Assembly (NCBI GenBank): GCA_944383385.1
Contig: CALWPI010000001.1
Span: 10,170 to 74,169 of the forward strand
DNA from: an uncultured Clostridia bacterium
Lineage (GTDB): Bacteria; Bacillota; Clostridia; Christensenellales; UBA1242
Reading direction: 5' to 3'
Length of the DNA stretch: 64,000 nucleotides
Position 1 is the stretch's first letter. Each line of letters starts with the position of its first letter. The translations under genes and the position numbers were made by a program. Shown in pieces: positions 57,068 through 64,000 of the stretch. The notes under the pieces were generated by a model. The model was given only the letters and a program-made list of their open reading frames with translations. It had not been told where the DNA came from and made no database searches.

Positions 57068-57631
57068 ATGGAGATTTTTTTAGATACTATTTTACCAATA
57101 ATTATTCTTTTGTTAGTTGTGGCACTGTCAATTATTTTGTATCTTTATATTAGAAAGAAAACAAAATTTAGCCAAGAAATGATTACGAAAAATATGCCAA
57201 AAAATATTTCTGTCAAACTAAATGAACACTATGTGTCAGAGAAGGAAATGTCATTTTTGTATGCTCTTGCAAAGGCGTTGCCAAATGAACTGATTGCTTT
57301 TCCTATGGTGGGGGTGGACAGATTAGTCGTACCTGAAAAAGATAAGTTGATTTTTAATGCAATTACATCAAAGTATGTAGACGTGTGTGTGTTTTTGCGT
57401 AAAGGCATGAAACCTGTACTTGTTATTGACTTGTATGAAGAAGGTGGCGTTAGTGAAAAACTAAAAACTATGGATGAAAATGTAGTCCGTGCCTTAAACA
57501 AAGTCAAAATACCTGTTATGAAATATGCAGTAAGAGTTGATTATGACATTGACGAAATGAAAATGAAAATAATCCAAAATCTTGATGATAGCATTGTTGC
57601 AATACTAAAAGATAACATAATTAATAAATAA
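57068..57631 (+). CDS. Membrane-anchored DUF2726-family protein (restriction-endonuclease-like fold family)
   Basis: The N-terminal TM is MEIFLDTILPIIILLLVVALSIILYLYI. Then YVSEKEMSFLYALAKALPNELIAFPMVGVDRLV ... SKYVDVCVFLRKGMKPVLVIDL fits the DUF2726 pattern. Confidence 0.6.
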   Translation: MEIFLDTILPIIILLLVVALSIILYLYIRKKTKFSQEMITKNMPKNISVKLNEHYVSEKEMSFLYALAKALPNELIAFPMVGVDRLVVPEKDKLIFNAITSKYVDVCVFLRKGMKPVLVIDLYEEGGVSEKLKTMDENVVRALNKVKIPVMKYAVRVDYDIDEMKMKIIQNLDDSIVAILKDNIINK

Positions 57632-57634
57632 TCT

Positions 57635-57662
57635 AGCGATAGACAATCTATCGCTTTTTTTT
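57635..57662 (+). terminator. Intrinsic terminator
   Basis: agcgatag-acaat-ctatcgct followed by T8. Confidence 0.85.
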
Positions 57663-57713
57663 GCAATTTTAGTAGATTTGTCGAAACCTAGATGACGAAT
57701 ATTAAAAAAAGAC

Positions 57714-57742
57714 TTGTACAAACAATTTGTTTCGGTTATAAT
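57714..57742 (+). promoter_or_regulatory. Promoter of the SRP RNA gene
   Basis: TTGTAC - 17 nt - TATAAT, ending about 8 nt before the RNA 5' end. Confidence 0.6.
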
Positions 57743-57749
57743 ATTTATA

Positions 57750-58015
57750 CCGTACTAGGCGGGGAGCTAGTAGTGCCCTGTATCCGAAATCTACTATAGC
57801 GGAGCCGAATGCCTATTGAGGGTGGTTAGTCGGTAATATTTTGCATATAATGTTGTCGTTGAGTTCAAGGTCTTATGCAATAATCTGCTATGAAACATGT
57901 CAGGTTCGGAAGAAAGCAGCATTAAGTAGATTTGGTTATGTGATGTAAGGTAACTTTGAAGGAGATAATTATTATGTGCGAATATTGCTGGACACGCACG
58001 AGATAGGATGTACGG
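57750..58015 (+). ncRNA. ffs: Signal recognition particle RNA, large Bacillus type with Alu domain (scRNA)
   Basis: ggcggggagctagtagtgccctgtatcc matches the B. subtilis scRNA Alu region. catgtcaggttcggaagaaagcagcattaagt matches the domain IV core. The 5' ccgtac pairs with the 3' gtacgg, and a T-run follows. Confidence 0.9.
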
Positions 58016-58060
58016 TTTTTTATTTTAATGATTATTTAAGCGCATTATTTGTTTTAATTG

Positions 58061-58089
58061 TTGACAATATATTTCTAGTAGATTACACT
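58061..58089 (+). promoter_or_regulatory. Promoter of the ileS leader
   Basis: TTGACA - 17 nt - TACACT. Confidence 0.5.
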
Positions 58090-58095
58090 ATATAT

Positions 58096-58370
58096 AGTCA
58101 TAATGCGATAATAGAGGACACGTCTATATACAAGATACGTTTTAGAGAGTAATCGGGTGGTGAAAGATTACAAGTGGTGTATATAGGTATCACCTCTTAG
58201 CAGAGTCCCAGAAATCATAGTAAGGGACTACGGCAACTTGTCCGATATTCAAGTCGTGTGTGTTGGCACATAGTATATTTTTATCAAAGGGATTTTGTGC
58301 TTTGATAAACATAGCTAATCTATGTAACACAGACTTGCATATTACCACAAGGCAATAGCAAGTTTTTTTA
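58096..58370 (+). promoter_or_regulatory. T-box leader (Ile; AUC specifier candidate) upstream of ileS
   Basis: Stem I elements: gcgataatagagga (GA/K-turn region), AGAGAG followed by GGTGGTGAAAG (AG bay and distal loop), and ATC-A at 58189-58192 just before the closing strand cctct that pairs with agagg. The terminator-like hairpin acttgc...gcaagt followed by T7 abuts the SD. I could not place the canonical T-box 14-mer by eye. Confidence 0.6.
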
Positions 58371-58382
58371 TTAGGAGAGATT

Positions 58383-61300
58383 ATGAGAAAAGAAAATGGT
58401 ATGCCAGATTTTGTTTTGGAAGAAGAAAAAACATTAAAATTTTGGGAAGATAACCACATTTTTGAAAAAATGCGAGCAAAGAATGAAGGCAAAACACCTT
58501 ATCGTTTTTTAGACGGTCCAATGACTGCAAATAACACCATGGGTGTGCACCATGCTTTTGGTCGAACGCTAAAAGATGTCTACATCAAGTATAAGGCCAT
58601 GAGTGGATTCCAACCAAAGTATCAAAATGGATTTGATGCTCACGGGTTGCCAGTTGAAACAGCAGTTGAAAAACAATTGGGCATGAAAAACAAAAAAGAT
58701 ATTTTGGCATACGGACTAGACAAATTTGTTGATAAATGTCTTGAAAGATGCGAAACATATGGCAATCTTATCACAAATGAGAGTAAGAAACTCGGTCAAT
58801 TTATGGACTGGGAGCATAGTTATTACACAAATAGTACAGAAAATATTACGTCAATTTGGTATTTTTTGAAAAAATGTCATGAAAATGGCTGGCTAGAAAC
58901 TGAACACAAACCAATGCAGTGGTGTCCACGTTGTGGTACGAGTTTGTCTGAACATGAAATGGTAGGTAGTTATAAGGACGTCACACATACGTCAGTTTAT
59001 TTCAAAGCACAACTCAAAGACAATAGATGTATTTTGGTTTGGACAACGACACCTTGGACACTATCTGCAAACGTAGCAGTGGCTGTCAATCCAGATAATG
59101 ATTATTTGGTATGTAAGGTCAAAAGTGACTCTCGTTTGCTCATAATAGGCAAGGAAGCAAAAAAAGTATTGCGTGACGACTTGGTCGAAGTCGTTGAAAT
59201 ATTAAAAGGTCAACAACTAGTGGGCGAAGAATATGAAACTCCATTTAATGAACTTGAAATGCAACAATTTGTTCACAAAATTGTGCCTTGGGAAGACGTT
59301 TCTGCCACCGATGGAACGGGTGCAGTTCATATCGCACCAGGTTGTGGAACAGAAGACTTTGAACTGGGTAGAAGACTTGGACTACCTGAAATATGTCCAA
59401 TTGACGAAAATGGAGTATTGTACAAAAACTTTGGCGTGCTTGCAGGATATTCTACAAGTGAAGTAAGAGATGTTGTGTTTGACGAACTCAAAAAGAGAAA
59501 TAAACTATATAAACTCGAAGAAATTGTGCATAGTTATCCAATTTGTTGGAGATGTAAAAACGAAGTTGTGTTTAGACTAATCGATGGCTGGTTCATTAGA
59601 GTTGACGAGATTCGTCCACAACTCATAAAAGCAATTGAAAATGTAGTTTTCGAACCAGATTATCTTAAAAAGAGAATGCTTGATTGGCTCAACAATATGG
59701 GGGATTGGAACATTTCAAGGAGTCGTTTCTATGGAGTACCACTACCAATCTATCCATGTTCATGTGGACATACCACCGTTGTGGGGTCATTAGAAGAACT
59801 TGCCAAATTATCAAGCAAAGAAGAGGTCGACAAATTACCACACTTGCATCGTCCATATATTGACAGTATTCAAATCACTTGTCCTCATTGTGGCAAGAAA
59901 GTATCAAGGATTCCAGAAGTTGGAGATTGTTGGCTAGATGCAGGAATTACACCATTTAGTACAAACGAATACTTCACAAACAAAGATTATTGGAAAACAC
60001 AATTCCCAAGTGAAGTTGCAATTGAAATGAGAGAACAAATTCGTTTATGGTTCTACTCACTATTATTTATGAGCGTGGTACTTGAAGGGCGTGCACCATA
60101 CGAAAAAATTATTGGTTATGAAGCAGTCACACAAGAAGACGGTAGCAAGTTTAGTAAATCAGGCTATATGATAACATTCTCTGATTATCAAAAGAGACTT
60201 GGTGCAGACACTGCAAGATACTTGTTTACAGGCACTGCACTTACAACACCTGTGAGATTTGGATACAATCTTGGAGAAGAAGCAAGAAGGAAGATGCTAG
60301 GTTATTTCAATGCTTATATGTTCTTTAATACTTATGCTTGTATTGACAATCCAGACATTGCAGAATTTACTCCAAAAGATAGTGAACTTACAATTATAGA
60401 TAAATGGCTTGTCCAACTAATTAACGATTTTGTAAAAACAAGCAAACAAAATTATGACAATAATCGTGCATATGATATCGTCCATGATTTTGAAGTGGTT
60501 ACTGACAAGATTACCAATTTCTATATTCGTACCAATCGCAGAAGATTCTGGAAAGGGGAGAATGGTATTGACAAAAAGGTCGCATACTGGTGTTTGTACA
60601 ATAGTCTAAAAGCAATCACACTTGTCATGGCACCAATTATACCATTTACTTGCGAATATATTTGGCAACATATGGTAAGAGAAGTCGAAAGTAATGCGTG
60701 CGAATCAGTATTTTTGCACGACTTTGCAACACCTATTTATGATAAAGATTATTCTAAATATTTGGTATATGCAGATATTGCGCAAAATGTTATTACATTA
60801 GGACAAAGATTGCGTAACGAAAATCAACTCAAAGTCAAACAACCATTATCCAAAGCATATATTGTTACAGACGACAAAGATGTCATAAAATCAGTTGAAC
60901 TATTTAATACGCTTATAAAAGAAGAGTTGAATATCAAAAATGTTGATATTTCAAACAATATAGAAGATTTCAACAACTATTATCTTGTTGTAAATTTCAA
61001 AGAAGCAGGCAGAGTGCTAAAAGGCGACGTACAAAAATTGAAATTGGCACTTGAAAATGCAAATGATAGTAAGATGCAAGAGTATGTAAAAGGATATGAC
61101 AAGGGTAGTGTCGAAGTATTGCCATTTGGCAGACTTGACAGTGCATTATTTGTAAAACACAGCCGTCCAAGAAGTGAGTTTATTCAAGCACAAGAGGGCA
61201 GTATCACAGTTGTTCTTGATATCACACTTGATGACGAACTAATTGCCGAAGGACTAAAAAGAGAGATAACACGTTGTGCACAACTTTTGAGAAAGGAAGC

Positions 61301-61502
61301 AGATTTTAGAATAGACCAAAGAGTGTTGTTAGAGATTACAAGCCAAGATAAGACACTTTGTGATGTTATCCAAAAATATTCAAGTGATATTCAAAGCGAA
61401 GTGCTTGCAAGTGAATTTAACAAAGGACATTTCACACCAGACATCAATCGCGAAATGGAAGTCGGCGATAGCACAGTCACTATCAGTATGAAGGGGATAT
61501 AA
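58383..61502 (+). CDS. ileS: Isoleucine--tRNA ligase, long type-2 form (1039 aa)
   Basis: HIGH-region variant MGVHHAFGRT, KMSKS variant KFSKSG, WCPRCGTSL, and editing-domain TTTPWTL. Confidence 0.95.
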   Translation: MRKENGMPDFVLEEEKTLKFWEDNHIFEKMRAKNEGKTPYRFLDGPMTANNTMGVHHAFGRTLKDVYIKYKAMSGFQPKYQNGFDAHGLPVETAVEKQLGMKNKKDILAYGLDKFVDKCLERCETYGNLITNESKKLGQFMDWEHSYYTNSTENITSIWYFLKKCHENGWLETEHKPMQWCPRCGTSLSEHEMVGSYKDVTHTSVYFKAQLKDNRCILVWTTTPWTLSANVAVAVNPDNDYLVCKVKSDSRLLIIGKEAKKVLRDDLVEVVEILKGQQLVGEEYETPFNELEMQQFVHKIVPWEDVSATDGTGAVHIAPGCGTEDFELGRRLGLPEICPIDENGVLYKNFGVLAGYSTSEVRDVVFDELKKRNKLYKLEEIVHSYPICWRCKNEVVFRLIDGWFIRVDEIRPQLIKAIENVVFEPDYLKKRMLDWLNNMGDWNISRSRFYGVPLPIYPCSCGHTTVVGSLEELAKLSSKEEVDKLPHLHRPYIDSIQITCPHCGKKVSRIPEVGDCWLDAGITPFSTNEYFTNKDYWKTQFPSEVAIEMREQIRLWFYSLLFMSVVLEGRAPYEKIIGYEAVTQEDGSKFSKSGYMITFSDYQKRLGADTARYLFTGTALTTPVRFGYNLGEEARRKMLGYFNAYMFFNTYACIDNPDIAEFTPKDSELTIIDKWLVQLINDFVKTSKQNYDNNRAYDIVHDFEVVTDKITNFYIRTNRRRFWKGENGIDKKVAYWCLYNSLKAITLVMAPIIPFTCEYIWQHMVREVESNACESVFLHDFATPIYDKDYSKYLVYADIAQNVITLGQRLRNENQLKVKQPLSKAYIVTDDKDVIKSVELFNTLIKEELNIKNVDISNNIEDFNNYYLVVNFKEAGRVLKGDVQKLKLALENANDSKMQEYVKGYDKGSVEVLPFGRLDSALFVKHSRPRSEFIQAQEGSITVVLDITLDDELIAEGLKREITRCAQLLRKEADFRIDQRVLLEITSQDKTLCDVIQKYSSDIQSEVLASEFNKGHFTPDINREMEVGDSTVTISMKGI

Positions 61503-61503
61503 T

Positions 61504-62190
61504 ATGTTAGATATTTTGTATGAAGACAATCATATTATTGTAGTCGTCAAACCACAAAATATTCCTACACAAGAAGACAGTTCTGGCGACCTTGATATGC
61601 TAACCATGGTAAAACAATATATCAAGGAAAAGTACAATAAACCTGGCAATGTATATGTGGGACTAGTGCATAGACTAGACAGACCAACCGGTGGGATACT
61701 TGTGTTTGCAAAAACAAGTAAAGCGGCGGCAAGACTTTCTGAGCAAATAAAAGACGGACAAATGAGCAAAAGTTATTTTGCAGTAACAACAATGGGGGAA
61801 ATGAAGAACAAAGACCACTTGGTTCATTACTTGAAAAAAGATATTAAAAACAATATCGTTCGTCTCGCACCTTCAAGTGTTGAGGGGAGCAAAAGATGCG
61901 AACTCAATTATAATGTTTTGCAGACTAATGGAGATTTGAATCTAGTTGACGTAGAATTGCTAACAGGTAGAACACATCAAATAAGAGTGCAAATGTCAGC
62001 AATAAAACATCCAATATATGCAGATGTCAAGTATGGGTGTGACACAAAATACAAAGGCAATCTTGCACTGTGGTCATATAGTCTAAAATTTTATCATCCA
62101 ACGACAAAAAAACTAATGTCATTTAGGGTGAGCCCACCAATGGATAAGACACCTTGGAATTTGTTTAGTAGTGCAAATTATAATAAATAA
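61504..62190 (+). CDS. RluA-family pseudouridine synthase (no S4 domain)
   Basis: HRLDRPTGGILVFAKT; GRTHQIRVQM. Confidence 0.88.
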   Translation: MLDILYEDNHIIVVVKPQNIPTQEDSSGDLDMLTMVKQYIKEKYNKPGNVYVGLVHRLDRPTGGILVFAKTSKAAARLSEQIKDGQMSKSYFAVTTMGEMKNKDHLVHYLKKDIKNNIVRLAPSSVEGSKRCELNYNVLQTNGDLNLVDVELLTGRTHQIRVQMSAIKHPIYADVKYGCDTKYKGNLALWSYSLKFYHPTTKKLMSFRVSPPMDKTPWNLFSSANYNK

Positions 62191-62213
62191 TTGCATAAAA
62201 ATTTTATATAACA

Positions 62214-62248
62214 TAAAAAAAGACAACTATAATTAGTTGTCTTTTTTG
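62214..62248. terminator. Bidirectional intrinsic terminator between the pseudouridine synthase gene and groEL
   Basis: aaaaaagacaact-ataatt-agttgtctttttt, with an A-run and a T-run on either side. Confidence 0.8.
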
Positions 62249-62344
62249 TGGTCAGTATTATGGCATTTTCAATACTATGCAAAACATATAATATGTCTAT
62301 ATCAAGCCTAAAAATTTATTTTGCATAGTACTCATTTTTTTATG

Positions 62345-63937
62345 TTATTTTGATATTGTTTGAGTTTCTTTTTCACACACAACTGCCGAAGTTGTGAGCA
62401 GCGTACTTGCTACACTACAAGCATTTTCGATTGCTGAACGGGTCACTTTTGTAGGGTCAATAATACCTTTTTCAAACATATCACAATATGTATTAGTGAG
62501 TGCGTCATATCCGTATGATGCGTTTTTATTATTTAGTATTTTGTCGATTACAACACTACCGTCTACGCCTGCATTTTCACATATTTTTTTAATAGGTTCA
62601 AATAGACTATTATATATGATTTGTGCACCAGTTTTTTCGTCTCCTTGCAAGGTATTAGATAGTGCCATTACATTTTGTGCAGTACGAAGCAGTGCAATGC
62701 CACCACCACATACAATGCCTTCGCTAATTGCAGATTTGGTTGCGCTGATTGCATCTTCTATTCGCAGTTTTTTCTCTTGCATTTCAATTTCTGTCATTGC
62801 TCCTACCATAATGACGGCGACGCCACCTGTCAGTTTTGCAAGTCGTTCTTCTAATTGTTTTTTATCAAAATCACTATTTGCAGATTTAATCTGTGCAAGA
62901 ATGATAGATACTCTTTTTGCTATCTCTTCTTTGCTACCTTGACCATTTGTGATTGTAGTATTGTCTTTTGTCACTTTTATATTTGCTTTGCCTAAAAATG
63001 TTGGAACAAAATCTTTTATTGTTGTGCCTGTTTTTTCGCTGACCAGTGTTGCACCGACTAGGGCAGAGATATCATCAAGATATGCCGATCTTTTGTCTCC
63101 ATATGCAGGTGCTTTTGTTACTACTACGTTTAGGTTGCCATGCATTTTATTTAGTACAATAGTTGTAAGTGGTTCGTTTTCTATATCGTCACAGACTATA
63201 AGCATAGGATTGCCACTCTTTGTCGCATATTCTAGTACAGGCAAAATGTCGTTGATTGTTGTGATTTTGTTGTCAGTTAGATAGATGTCGCAGTTGTTAT
63301 AATTTGCTTCCATTTTTTCCATATTGTTGCACATATAGATAGACAAATATCCTTTGTCATATTGCATACCTTCAACAAGTTTTAATGATGTTGTAGTTGT
63401 ATTGCTCTCTTCGACTGTGATGACACCTTCTTTGCCAACATTTTCAAATGCATTGGAAATAAGTTCTCCAATTTGTTCGTCTTGTGCGCTAATTGATGCT
63501 ACTTGAAAAATATCTCTACTGCTACTTATTTCTTTTGACATTTGTTTTAGTGTATCTACGACAACATCAACAGCCTTTGCCATACCTTTTCTCAAAATGA
63601 TAGGATTTGCACCTGCGATATAATTTCGCATACCGTTTTTTACAATGCTGTTGGCAAGCACACATGCTGTTGTTGTACCGTCACCTGCAACATCATTTGT
63701 TTTGATGCTTGCTTCTTTTATGATACTAGCACCCACGTTTTCAAATGTGTCTTCAAGTGTGATTTCTTTTGCGATTGTTACCCCGTCATTTGTGATTAGT
63801 GGGGAGGTGTACTTTCTTTCAAGTACAACGTTACGTCCTTTTGGTCCTAATGTGGAGGCAACAACACAAGTCAATTTTTCACAACCACTTTCAAGTGCTT
63901 TTATGGCTTCTAAATCTTTTAGTATTTGTTTTGGCAT
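62345..63937 (-). CDS. groEL: Chaperonin GroEL (no C-terminal GGM tail)
   Basis: [11 protein letters not shown] ... AGDGTTTA ... the protein ends [10 protein letters not shown]. Confidence 0.96.
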   Translation of the reverse strand: MPKQILKDLEAIKALESGCEKLTCVVASTLGPKGRNVVLERKYTSPLITNDGVTIAKEITLEDTFENVGASIIKEASIKTNDVAGDGTTTACVLANSIVKNGMRNYIAGANPIILRKGMAKAVDVVVDTLKQMSKEISSSRDIFQVASISAQDEQIGELISNAFENVGKEGVITVEESNTTTTSLKLVEGMQYDKGYLSIYMCNNMEKMEANYNNCDIYLTDNKITTINDILPVLEYATKSGNPMLIVCDDIENEPLTTIVLNKMHGNLNVVVTKAPAYGDKRSAYLDDISALVGATLVSEKTGTTIKDFVPTFLGKANIKVTKDNTTITNGQGSKEEIAKRVSIILAQIKSANSDFDKKQLEERLAKLTGGVAVIMVGAMTEIEMQEKKLRIEDAISATKSAISEGIVCGGGIALLRTAQNVMALSNTLQGDEKTGAQIIYNSLFEPIKKICENAGVDGSVVIDKILNNKNASYGYDALTNTYCDMFEKGIIDPTKVTRSAIENACSVASTLLTTSAVVCEKETQTISK

Positions 63938-63940
63938 ATT

Positions 63941-64000
63941 TTACTCCTCAATAATTGCCAAGATATCGTCTTGACAAATGATAATATATTTTGTGTCTTC
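63941..64000 (-). CDS. groES: Co-chaperonin GroES, C-terminal end only (continues beyond the window)
   Basis: The reverse-strand translation is ...EDTKYIIICQDDILAIIEE*. The stop lies 3 nt upstream of the groEL ATG. Confidence 0.8.
   Translation of the reverse strand, partial: EDTKYIIICQDDILAIIEE

Noticed and set aside
58190-58492. 100-aa - strand ORF
   Set aside because: It overlaps the T-box leader and the 5' end of ileS and has no translation signals.
62394-63974. Three long + strand ORFs (182, 111 and 109 aa) antisense to groEL
   Set aside because: This is the classic shadow-ORF phenomenon opposite groEL. There are no SDs, the sequences are hydrophobic low complexity, and the sense frame is unambiguous GroEL.
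1-64000. Scan for CRISPR arrays, transposase/integrase/phage genes, and tRNA or rRNA genes
   Set aside because: Reading by eye, I found no regularly spaced repeats, no recombinase-like ORF, and no tRNA-like T-arm other than the one in tmRNA. tRNAscan-SE, Infernal and a CRISPR finder should confirm this.

Overview
AT-rich (roughly one-third G+C by eye), standard-code window from a low-GC spore-forming Firmicute (spoVT and a SpoVB/YabM-type flippase are present; I cannot assign a genus). It is mostly core genome, and almost every gene is on the + strand. Order of content: the 3' end of addA; a membrane-anchored coiled-coil protein; a GT4 glycosyltransferase and a PRC-barrel protein on the - strand; a YdjI-like SPFH/Zn-ribbon gene with a DUF1858 gene; then the complete S10-spc-alpha ribosomal-protein cluster (rpsJ to rplQ, with secY, adk, map, infA, rpmJ and rpoA). 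After rplQ comes the only clearly accessory-looking block, two very large surface-protein genes: a 1067-aa lipoprotein and a 2412-aa protein with an N-terminal anchor. These are followed by spoVT, a MOP flippase, hup, dusB, pgk-tpiA-gpmI, secG, rnr, smpB, tmRNA, a coiled-coil protein, a patatin-like lipase, a CorC/HlyC transporter, typA, rplM-rpsI, a lipoprotein, trxB, glmM, ung, a lipoprotein, a DUF2726 protein, a Bacillus-type large SRP RNA, a T-box leader with type-2 ileS, an RluA-family synthase, and convergent groEL-groES. I saw no CRISPR array, transposase or integrase, prophage, tRNA or rRNA gene. The points most worth a second look are: the giant surface-protein pair and its regulatory DNA ((TA)6 in the promoter spacer, a perfect 10-bp inverted repeat, direct TGTCGCA repeats); K/T/A-rich histone-H1-like extensions fused to uL24 and uL30; and a GC-rich alternating purine-pyrimidine tract with phased repeats upstream of the S10 promoter. 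All calls come from reading the sequence and ORF translations by eye. No database search was run.
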